In this document: positions 37,858-46,324 of the stretch, piece by piece | Position numbering within the stretch: position 1 is the first letter of the stretch | Layout of the letters: each line of letters begins with the position of its first letter | Source: Candidatus Levyibacteriota bacterium | Lineage (GTDB): Bacteria > Patescibacteriota > Microgenomatia > Levybacterales > UBA12049 | Direction: 5' to 3' | Assembly: GCA_017991775.1 (NCBI GenBank) | Contig: JAGOPV010000002.1 | Location: 2,360-66,359, forward strand | DNA: 64,000 nt | Position numbers and translations under genes: made by a program | Notes under the pieces: generated by a model | Database searches by the model: none | Told to the model about the DNA's origin: nothing | The model's input: the letters and a program-made list of their open reading frames with translations, nothing else

Positions 37858-38427
37858 ATGAATACTCCTCGAATAAGTATCATAGTGGCGATGTCTGACA
37901 ATCGTGTTATCGGGAGCAAGGGTGAGATACCTTGGAATATACCTGGGGAGCAGAAAAGAGTTCGAGATATCACCACCCCTCATCCTCTGATCATGGGTCG
38001 AAAAACGCATGTGTCGATTGGACGGATTCTCCCAAATAGGCTTAATATCGTAGTGACTTCTGACAAGAATTATAAAGTTGAAGGCGGAGAGGTTGCGCAC
38101 TCTTTAAATGAGGCTATAGAGATTGCTGCAAGTTCAGAATCTCACCGTTATTCTTCGAGCGAAGAGATAGAACGAGAAGTTACATCTGATGATAGTTCTC
38201 GTTTCACTCGAACAATAAATCCTGAGTCAGAGATATTTATTTTTGGTGGGGGTAAATTATATGAGCAAGCAATGGATATTGTAGATCGCCTATACCTGAC
38301 TATCGTTCATAAGGAAGTAGAAGGGGATGCATTTTTCCCAGAATATTCAGAATTTACAAAAGAGATAGAACGAGAAGAGAAAGAATTTGAAGGATTGAAA
38401 TATACCTATCTCACTTTGGAACGTTAA
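37858..38427 (+). CDS. folA: dihydrofolate reductase (with an acidic insertion)
   Basis: ISIIVAMSDNRVIGSKGEIPW ... LIMGRKTHVSIGRILPNRLNIVVTSD ... IFIFGGGKLYE. Confidence 0.75.
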   Translation: MNTPRISIIVAMSDNRVIGSKGEIPWNIPGEQKRVRDITTPHPLIMGRKTHVSIGRILPNRLNIVVTSDKNYKVEGGEVAHSLNEAIEIAASSESHRYSSSEEIEREVTSDDSSRFTRTINPESEIFIFGGGKLYEQAMDIVDRLYLTIVHKEVEGDAFFPEYSEFTKEIEREEKEFEGLKYTYLTLER

Positions 38428-38548
38428 TTTAGACCTCATCTCAATCTTCTCCTAGGAGGAGAAGAAGATCATTGTTGAGTCATTTCAATTGATCTATTTT
38501 GCTCTCTTGTCAAGCTAAACGGCTATAGGTATACTTTTGTCATATTGT

Positions 38549-38613
38549 TGTCATGCTGAATTTAGTTCAGCATCTCCCAATTATTAGATCCTGAATCAAG
38601 TTCAGGATGACAT
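38549..38613 (+). promoter_or_regulatory. double-hairpin palindromic element overlapping the glyA start codon
   Basis: TGTCATGCTGAATTTAGTTCAGCATC-13nt-ATCCTGAATCAAGTTCAGGATGACAT. The ATG of ATGACAT is the annotated glyA start. A TATACT box lies at 38531-38536. Confidence 0.55.
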
Positions 38614-39947
38614 TTTTATTTATGCTATCAAACCTCAAAAAAACAGATCCACAGATTTTCGAATTAGTAAAAAGCGAAGAGAAAAGACAACGTGATGTCC
38701 TCGAGATGATCGCCTCAGAGAACTACACTTCCTCGTCAGTTTTAGAAGCTCTTGGTACAGTCCTTAATAATAAGTACTCTGAAGGATATCCCAAGAAGCG
38801 CTATTATCAGGGAAATGAATTTGCTGATAGCGTTGAGATAATCGCGCAAGAGCGAGCAAAGGAATTGTTCGGCGTCCCACATGTGAATGTCCAGCCATAC
38901 TCTGGATCTCCTGCGAATTTAGCGATCTATCTCGCCCTTGTTGACCCGCAAAAAGATAAGGTCATGGGCTTTTCCTTAGCGTTTGGTGGACATCTGACAT
39001 ACGGATCACCTGTATCTATCACAGGAAAGTATTTTAATGTTGTTCATTATGAGCTTGGTGCAGATGGTAAGCTCGATTATGATGCGATTGAGAAGCAGGC
39101 TATAAAAGAGAAGCCAAAGCTGATTATCTGCGGAACTACTGCATATTCACAGATCATCGACTTCAAGCGCTTTGCAAAGATTGCTGATAAAGTTGGAGCG
39201 TATCTCCATGCAGATATCTCGCATATCTCAGGACTCGTTGTTGGTGGTGTCCACCCGAGCCCGGCTCCATATGCTCACACGATCATGACGACCACTCATA
39301 AGACGCTTCGAGGACCTCGAGGTGCGATGGTCATGGTAACTGAGCGAGGTCTTAAGAAAGATCCAGAACTTGCTGAAAAGATCGACAAGGCAGTCTTTCC
39401 TGGTCTACAGGGCGGTCCTCATGACAATCAAACAGCCGGTATCGCAGTTGCATTGAAAGAGGCGAGTACAGCTTCATTTAAGAAGTATGCTGCAAATATC
39501 GTAAAGAATGCTGATAGGCTGGCAAAAGAATTGCAAAAAAGAGGATTTGAGATCGTAAGTGGTGGTACAGAAAATCATCTGATGTGTGTCGATCTTCAGA
39601 ATAAAAGTGTCAACGGTGCAGTAGCTGCACTTGCGCTAGAAGTCGCTGGCATTGTGCTCAATAAGAACTCAGTTCCAAATGATCCCATGCCGCCTTTCTA
39701 TCCATCGGGAATTAGACTTGGTACTCCGGCTCTTACAACAAGAGGGATGAATGAAAAGGATATGGTCAAGGTAGCATCCTGGATGGATGAAGTTATCACA
39801 GAATCTGCTCGATATGAAATGCCGAGTGTGAAAGAGGATCGGGCTGTATTCTGGAAGCAATTTAAGAAAGACGTCACCAAAAATAAGGAATTATTACGAA
39901 TTAATAAAGAGATTAAGGCATTTGCCTCGAAATTCCCCCTTCCATAA
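38607..39947 (+). CDS. glyA: serine hydroxymethyltransferase
   Basis: SHMT signature throughout, including the PLP-Lys region HTTTHKTLRGPRG. 446 aa. The true start may be the second Met (MLSNLKK...). Confidence 0.9.
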   Translation: MTFLFMLSNLKKTDPQIFELVKSEEKRQRDVLEMIASENYTSSSVLEALGTVLNNKYSEGYPKKRYYQGNEFADSVEIIAQERAKELFGVPHVNVQPYSGSPANLAIYLALVDPQKDKVMGFSLAFGGHLTYGSPVSITGKYFNVVHYELGADGKLDYDAIEKQAIKEKPKLIICGTTAYSQIIDFKRFAKIADKVGAYLHADISHISGLVVGGVHPSPAPYAHTIMTTTHKTLRGPRGAMVMVTERGLKKDPELAEKIDKAVFPGLQGGPHDNQTAGIAVALKEASTASFKKYAANIVKNADRLAKELQKRGFEIVSGGTENHLMCVDLQNKSVNGAVAALALEVAGIVLNKNSVPNDPMPPFYPSGIRLGTPALTTRGMNEKDMVKVASWMDEVITESARYEMPSVKEDRAVFWKQFKKDVTKNKELLRINKEIKAFASKFPLP

Positions 39948-40040
39948 TCTATTAGATATTAAGATACAAAGATATTCAGATATTATGTGAAAGGTACGTT
40001 GCTCTTTGTATCGAGTATCCTAATATCTTAGTAGCTGGAC

Positions 40041-40574
40041 TTAGAAAAGTATTCCTGCTAGCGCAAGTGCGGCGATGACCCCCGAGGCATGAATTTCCCC
40101 TGATTTTATTTTCTGTTTGATTTCATCTGGGGTAAAAAGCTTTGTGGATGAGATTGACTCTGTTGCTTCATGCTCAGTTGGTCCTGGAGTGATGTTACGT
40201 GCTCGTATTATATGTGCACTGTGGCAGTCTTTGGATGGATAGTCGTTAAGAATCCCTAGCTCCTCAAAGTTTTCCGCGATATATCCTGTCTCCTCACGAA
40301 GCTCTTTCGTTGCATTCTCAAGAATGGTTTCATTGCTTTCGATGTGGCCAGCAGGGAGTGTCCAGATTTTCTGATTGATTGCATATTTATATTCTTTGAT
40401 CATCACGACTTTTCCGTCTGGATCTGTAGCTACAATCATAGAGAAGTCAGGTTTTTTAACGACCGTATAGTCAGGGATCTTTGTGCCATTTGGCAACTCG
40501 ACCTCGTCCTCAAAGACAGTAACAAATTTTGACTCATACCCAACTTTTCGATTAATACGTTTCCAGTTGTTCAT
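40041..40574 (-). CDS. NUDIX hydrolase (ADP-ribose pyrophosphatase-like)
   Basis: Nudix box GHIESNETILENATKELREETGY. Confidence 0.65.
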   Translation of the reverse strand: MNNWKRINRKVGYESKFVTVFEDEVELPNGTKIPDYTVVKKPDFSMIVATDPDGKVVMIKEYKYAINQKIWTLPAGHIESNETILENATKELREETGYIAENFEELGILNDYPSKDCHSAHIIRARNITPGPTEHEATESISSTKLFTPDEIKQKIKSGEIHASGVIAALALAGILF

Positions 40575-40577
40575 AGT

Positions 40578-43499
40578 TTAGTTCGGAGCGACTTCTTGCC
40601 AGATGTAGGTTGGAATTCTCAAGAATTCTGGCGCATTGAGGATCATATCTGGTCTGTCATTTATAGTAAAGGATGGATACTGGAGATTGCCACTATCGCA
40701 CAGCGTCCTGTTGTTCTGGAATGACCCACCAGTTCTTGCTGCATTAACTGCGATTGACCCCTGCATATTGAGCTGAAGATCAGGCGTTCCTAGAGTACAA
40801 TCTGCTGCTGTCTCAATAATAAAGTTCTTGTCAGTACTGATAAATCCATCTATGTTCGCATTTGCTGGTGCAGGGCAGCTGGCTGCTCGACCGACCGTGC
40901 TTGCAACAGAGATATCATCTGCGACAGAGAAGGTAGCTGTTGAAGTATTAGGGACATCGACATCGCCAGCTATTCTGAGCTCTCCATTAATAAGAATCAC
41001 AAAGTCTCTATTGGCTGGAAGCGATGATGTTCCAGTGAGTGTCACATCTCCATTGGCTTGGTAGACGCCATTGGCTAGAGTATTTGGGAGTGTGCAGCTA
41101 CTTAGGTTTGGGCACACAGTCGTTAGATTGATTGGTGTGATATTGGACTGTCTGATGACTGATTGGAAGTATGCATATGATGTCTCACTTCCAGAGCTGT
41201 TATGAGCGGTGAATATTTCTTTGTAGTTATTGCTGCCGATGACCCAGTTGGTGCTACTCGCGCTTCCAGAGTGGAAACTCGCAGTCGTAGCGCCAGAGAA
41301 TGCGATACCTGGTGCTGAGCCTGTGCCAGGAACGAGGGTATAGGCTCCGCCACAAGCTGCATTTGGCGATGCGGGGACAGGATTATTGATACCGCCATCC
41401 ATTCGGATATCAAGTCCTCCAGTCTGGATCCACGACTGTCCTGCATCCACTGCGAAATCGAGATCTTCAAGGCTCAGGCCATTGCATTGACCGCCTGGTG
41501 TGGGAGTGCCTGGAGCACAACCAGATCCTACTGTGGCACTAAATGAAGGGGGTGTCGTATTTTGGGGGTGGACCATATAAAAGCCGTTGGGGAGTCCGCC
41601 ATATCGAACAGTGTACGTGCCGTTGATCAAATTTTCCATAGAGTAGGTGCCATCGTTGTTATTGACCTTGTATGCTTTGGGCCTGCCCGCGATGTCTTGG
41701 ATGCTGACATTTGGATTTGCGGCGATATTAAGCTCAGCACCATTTGAAGCTTTGAGCTTGTCTCCGTTGGTATCAAGAAAAGCATTGCCTTTGATCGTGT
41801 ATGCGCCGAATAACTTGAAGTTCTGGCCAGGAACGCTCGCACAATTGGTGATAGTGAGTTGACGTGGGGCAGTGTCTAAGTTGACATACCCATTAGGCTT
41901 ACTCACATCGACGAAGTAGTTACCAGGCGAAAGGTTTTGGATAGAGTATCGTCCGTCGCTAGCTGTAGTGGCCTCTTTCTCGTCCTGACCCGTCGTGAAG
42001 ACACGTCTTCCGGCGATAGGGAAGTCTTTCGTGCTGTCATAAGAGCCATTTTTGTCTGAGTCGACATAGACACGACCAGTGAGAGTACAGACTTCATTTA
42101 TGCCGATATTCTCAGTAAATGTAGTAGGCCCATCCAGACCCACACTTGCAGCAGGGCTGACTGTGATGGTGCTACTTGGGAATGCTACATAGCCAGTTGG
42201 TACTGCGATGCTGATCGTGTAAGCTCCTGCTCTCATGTTATTAAAGTTATATACTCCCTGAGAGTTTGTTGTCGTTGTTTTATCAGTCGGACCACTCGCA
42301 GTAACGGTGATGTCATTCATGCCATCTGTCTCATCTGCTTCTTTGATGCCATTGCGATTGTTATCAACGAAGATAGTTCCAGTGAGCTTGTGAAGTGGTA
42401 CGACAGCGAACTCACAAGTCCAGTCTGGAGAGAGATTGGTAACACAAGTTGTGCCTGTAGTCCATGCTGCACTACCATTTTTGACTCCGATTGTTTTCCA
42501 GCCATCATTAGCCTCAGCATCAGAGAGCATCATGCGATAGTGCCCATCCATTCTGTAATCGAAGTCTGCATATCCATCAGCTGCTGTTGCTACGGACTTG
42601 ATGTGAGTTTCAAAACCTGATTCTGAAGTCACGTTTTCATCGAGTGTGATGGTGATATCTTTCTTGGATCTATCACCAGTATTTTTACACTGTCCATTCT
42701 CTCCCTTGTCATTGCAAACATATGATTCTACATGCGCACGGACATTGTATCCAACACCCATTTCGTTATTTGAGTAGTTTGATTCTGAGCCTGCATTGGC
42801 ATAATTTGCTCGTGCAAGCATGGTATATCTTCCTGCACCTGTTAGGAGAAATGACTTTGGAGATGTGAGCTGAGCTTGATTGGTCCCTCCATTCCACGCT
42901 TCATATGTTCTCGATGAGCCAGCGCTAAATGGGCTGCCCATTGTAGCTGTAGTATAGTTGTTGTTGCGATCATCCTGATCTTGGTAGATTCGAGTATAGT
43001 AGGTCAGCCAAGAGCTCACAGCTGCATTATTCCTAACGACTATATGTGGATACACTCTATCGCCCACCTTAAAATAGCTAGGCTTGACCCCTGTATTATC
43101 TCTAGGACTGATATCAGTCACATCAAAATCTGGCGGGATAGGGGTGGGGGTGGGTGGGATAGGAGTTGCTGTCGGAACAAAACAGTTGACACCGCAGTAA
43201 CTACCACAACCTACGTTGCAAGTTTCAGCTACTGAGTAAGAGTCGCTACAATATTGAGCACAAGGATTCGGAGCAGGTGGTCTGCAAATGGCATTTGAAT
43301 CAGCATTACTTAGGCATTGGTTTGGTGCACGACCACCTGGTGGGCCACTATCAAAACACATGCATCCCCATACCCTTGGATCTGCATTACTATATGTGCA
43401 ATATAGGTAAGAAATGCAGTTTACTTGAGCATGTGCTCTTGAAATAAATTGTACGAAGAAAAATGCTAAGAAAAAGATTATAAATTTAAATACTTTCAT
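40578..43499 (-). CDS. large secreted Cys-rich surface protein with SdrD-B/Cna-B-like Ca-binding domains
   Basis: 973 aa. Signal peptide MKVFKFIIFFLAFFFVQFISRAHA. Cys-rich N-terminal module. GTIFVDNNRNGIKEADETDG...GVYNF domains. C-terminal beta-rich region. Confidence 0.55.
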   Translation of the reverse strand: MKVFKFIIFFLAFFFVQFISRAHAQVNCISYLYCTYSNADPRVWGCMCFDSGPPGGRAPNQCLSNADSNAICRPPAPNPCAQYCSDSYSVAETCNVGCGSYCGVNCFVPTATPIPPTPTPIPPDFDVTDISPRDNTGVKPSYFKVGDRVYPHIVVRNNAAVSSWLTYYTRIYQDQDDRNNNYTTATMGSPFSAGSSRTYEAWNGGTNQAQLTSPKSFLLTGAGRYTMLARANYANAGSESNYSNNEMGVGYNVRAHVESYVCNDKGENGQCKNTGDRSKKDITITLDENVTSESGFETHIKSVATAADGYADFDYRMDGHYRMMLSDAEANDGWKTIGVKNGSAAWTTGTTCVTNLSPDWTCEFAVVPLHKLTGTIFVDNNRNGIKEADETDGMNDITVTASGPTDKTTTTNSQGVYNFNNMRAGAYTISIAVPTGYVAFPSSTITVSPAASVGLDGPTTFTENIGINEVCTLTGRVYVDSDKNGSYDSTKDFPIAGRRVFTTGQDEKEATTASDGRYSIQNLSPGNYFVDVSKPNGYVNLDTAPRQLTITNCASVPGQNFKLFGAYTIKGNAFLDTNGDKLKASNGAELNIAANPNVSIQDIAGRPKAYKVNNNDGTYSMENLINGTYTVRYGGLPNGFYMVHPQNTTPPSFSATVGSGCAPGTPTPGGQCNGLSLEDLDFAVDAGQSWIQTGGLDIRMDGGINNPVPASPNAACGGAYTLVPGTGSAPGIAFSGATTASFHSGSASSTNWVIGSNNYKEIFTAHNSSGSETSYAYFQSVIRQSNITPINLTTVCPNLSSCTLPNTLANGVYQANGDVTLTGTSSLPANRDFVILINGELRIAGDVDVPNTSTATFSVADDISVASTVGRAASCPAPANANIDGFISTDKNFIIETAADCTLGTPDLQLNMQGSIAVNAARTGGSFQNNRTLCDSGNLQYPSFTINDRPDMILNAPEFLRIPTYIWQEVAPN

Positions 43500-43500
43500 A

Positions 43501-44064
43501 TCATTTCTTAATCAGGACAAATGGGTTTGAATTACTGGCATGAAGTTGCTTAGTGAATCGATTTGTCTCGTCTATCCTCTCCTCAATTGTTTTTGATGGG
43601 TGAGTAATTGCGTAAATTTGTCCAACAATCGATGTGAAAAGCGAGCTTGTTAGATCTGTGTCACTAAATGTTTGGAGGTTAGCAGGGTCAGCCTGGATTT
43701 TTGCCTCTAGCTGCTTGAGGTCGTAGGTTTCCTTGCTGATTAACACTGTGATTGGAATTATCGGAGCTATGATCTGCTTTTCAGGTGTAGATATATCGCT
43801 TACAACGATATTTATTTTTTCAATTCTAGATTTTGTAGATTTCCTTGCTGGATATTCTGAAGCCATTTGTTTTAGGAAGGCAGTAAATCCAGGTGTTTCA
43901 TTATAACTTAGTTGATACACAGCACTTGAGTTCACAATATCGATTTCTGTTGGTTTTGATTGCAACGATCTAAAAAGGAAATATCCTGCCAAGAGAATAA
44001 TGGCAAGAAACAATGCTATAGCTATAATTTTTTTCAAAAAAGACTTTGAAGATGGAGGGTTCAT
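43501..44064 (-). CDS. hypothetical membrane-anchored protein
   Basis: N-terminal TM. Adjacent to and upstream of the large surface protein. Confidence 0.35.
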   Translation of the reverse strand: MNPPSSKSFLKKIIAIALFLAIILLAGYFLFRSLQSKPTEIDIVNSSAVYQLSYNETPGFTAFLKQMASEYPARKSTKSRIEKINIVVSDISTPEKQIIAPIIPITVLISKETYDLKQLEAKIQADPANLQTFSDTDLTSSLFTSIVGQIYAITHPSKTIEERIDETNRFTKQLHASNSNPFVLIKK

Positions 44065-44151
44065 AAATATAATTCTACATCCATTGTAGTTCTATATCTA
44101 AATAACAGTCAATATTTGTGAGTTTTTTATAGAATAAGGGATTTTTGTCAG

Positions 44152-44194
44152 GAAAAAGGGCTCCGACATAACATATAAATGTATGGCGGAGCCC
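44152..44194 (-). terminator. rho-independent terminator of the GC-rich secreted-protein gene
   Basis: On the minus strand: GGGCTCCGCC...GGCGGAGCCC hairpin followed by TTTTT. Confidence 0.5.
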
Positions 44195-44251
44195 GTAGAT
44201 GCGTCTTGCTCCGGCTAGGCCGGGGCGAGTTAGTGTCGGACAACCTCTCGG

Positions 44252-44668
44252 TTATCCATCGTTTCGTGGTAGTCGGTTCTCCCAACCTGTGACCACGAAG
44301 GTGCCATTGGCAACCTTCAGTCGCATGTAGTCGTAGAACAGTCCACCCGGGTCACGAAGACCAGTGTAGACGACGAACACATTGACATCGCCGTTTCGGT
44401 CGACAGAAAGCGATGCGATAGCGATCACTGTGACATCCGAGAACGTCGTAGTGGGCACATACCGGATTGCATCCTCGGCGAACATTGGCGTCCAGAGGGA
44501 CGCATCATTGGTCGCGAGGGTGTCGAGGACTTCGGTGACGAACACAGTCACGCCTGGTGCGTAGTCTGTGTTCGAACTTGGTCCCGTTGTTGATGCCATT
44601 GCCGGCGTCGCGAACGAGACAACTGCGATTGCGATTGCCACAAGTGTGGCCGAAATTCGATTCTTCAT
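44252..44668 (-). CDS. GC-rich secreted hypothetical protein (possible NTF2/SnoaL-like fold), likely horizontally acquired
   Basis: Signal peptide MKNRISATLVAIAIAVVSFATPAMA. GC is well above the window average. Confidence 0.45.
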   Translation of the reverse strand: MKNRISATLVAIAIAVVSFATPAMASTTGPSSNTDYAPGVTVFVTEVLDTLATNDASLWTPMFAEDAIRYVPTTTFSDVTVIAIASLSVDRNGDVNVFVVYTGLRDPGGLFYDYMRLKVANGTFVVTGWENRLPRNDG

Positions 44669-45244
44669 CGACTTCTCCTACTCTTTGTGCCAAATCTGCA
44701 GTCGGAACATCCGCTGCGTTATGATCGGCAACTTTATGATTAGAAGTATTTCCAAGCATGAAGTCGCCGATTTTTATAAGCGAATATTCCTATAACTAAC
44801 TCATAGGAAGACGATCCGATCAGGAGAGTTCTATACAAAAGTGAATTGGCCATCTCGCATTTGAGAGGCTTTTTGCACTTAGCAAAGAAGCTGCTGATCG
44901 AAGAACTTCCTATGAAAAATAACTTGTAAACGAGCTAACTGGTTGTAAATATATCATATTATAGGACACTTGTCAAGTCTATAGGACGTTAGATTTGAGG
45001 CTGAATAAGACGAGTTTGAGGCTAAATTTAATGCGTGCCTGGAGTGCGTGCTGGAGAGGAGAGGGGGAGAGAAAGAGAGTGGGCAGTCAATGGTGTGTAG
45101 CCTTCTCTTTTTCATGGTAGATTAGCCCCTTAATTGGGGGTCAAAACGACAATTGGGATCAAAGACATGAATTCGAAGAAGTTGTTTCATAGGTAACAGT
45201 ATTGCACCATTATACTATATCTTAATTAGGTTTAAGTAAAGAGG

Positions 45245-45733
45245 CTAGTTAGCCTTGGAAGCAGAAAGTATTCCGGCAAATGAATTGAGGTCATCGCATG
45301 AGTAGGGAATAATGATGGGATCAGACTCTACAAAACTAAGGGAAATTTCAGCTGATGATCCCTTTTTGATTTCAAAAATGTGTCCATCTATCACTAAAGT
45401 GTGGGCATCATTACTTGAATTTGTTATTTTTATAGGTTTATCGATGTTCACTTTTGCAATTCGTGGATAAGGAGTGCAGTTGGAGATGTCGATAGATGGA
45501 GTTGACTGGGCGATTTTAGCAACTTTCTCATCCATTGCTTTATAAATTTCAGGAGTCTGAGTGATGTTGTAGTTAGAAAGAAGCCTTGTGATATCAGGTG
45601 AGGGTGACTTATTGAATCCAAATCTATTTATGAGTGTGGGGAGATAGAAATACAAAGTAAGGATGCTAAGGACAGTAGCTATACCTATAAGTAGTATAAA
45701 GATCAGCTTGAGGATCTTTTCAGAAATATACAT
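45245..45733 (-). CDS. hypothetical membrane-anchored protein
   Basis: N-terminal TM helix followed by a 130-aa ectodomain. Confidence 0.35.
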   Translation of the reverse strand: MYISEKILKLIFILLIGIATVLSILTLYFYLPTLINRFGFNKSPSPDITRLLSNYNITQTPEIYKAMDEKVAKIAQSTPSIDISNCTPYPRIAKVNIDKPIKITNSSNDAHTLVIDGHIFEIKKGSSAEISLSFVESDPIIIPYSCDDLNSFAGILSASKAN

Positions 45734-45781
45734 GTACTTAATTTAGCAGGTGGGCAGGTGAGCAGGCAAGCACAATGGCAA

Positions 45782-46135
45782 TTACGTGCGTAACGTGTAT
45801 TGGAATTTCTTTATTTGTCTCATTAGTTGTTCTGCGCTGTCATAAATTCTTTGTCGCTGGTCTTCATTAATGTAATTTTGATCTTTTGCAATATATAGAT
45901 GTGAAACAGTTTCATAGAGTGATTTTTGTGCAATATCCAAAAAGTGGCTAAAGTCTTTTTTAGATGGACTACCTGAGCCTTCTGCAATATTTGCAGGGAT
46001 TGATCCAGCTGACCTTCTTAGCTGATCAGAAATTCCATAAATTTCAGTTTTAGGAAAACCTTTTGTTAGATTGTAGATTTTACCTGCATAATCTCTTGAT
46101 GAATGCCAAATTTCCAATGATTCAAATCTGAACAT
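45782..46135 (-). CDS. four-helix-bundle protein (23S rRNA intervening-sequence protein family, TIGR02436-like)
   Basis: LEIW...IYGISDQLRRSAGSIPANIAEGSG matches the family signature. A paralog lies at 54866. Confidence 0.6.
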   Translation of the reverse strand: MFRFESLEIWHSSRDYAGKIYNLTKGFPKTEIYGISDQLRRSAGSIPANIAEGSGSPSKKDFSHFLDIAQKSLYETVSHLYIAKDQNYINEDQRQRIYDSAEQLMRQIKKFQYTLRT

Positions 46136-46324
46136 ATAAAAATAGTATCAAAAGCTCATCTATATGCATAGTGATCTGCATGTTTGCTTTTTGCACTCCT
46201 GCCGTCCTGCTATGTTGCATCTGGCTTCAGCTTCGGTTATAATACTCTCTATCACACACATCCGATTGTGTCCTTGCCAATAAATTTAGCTACATTTGAT
46301 CGGATGGCGGATTAAAGGACAATT

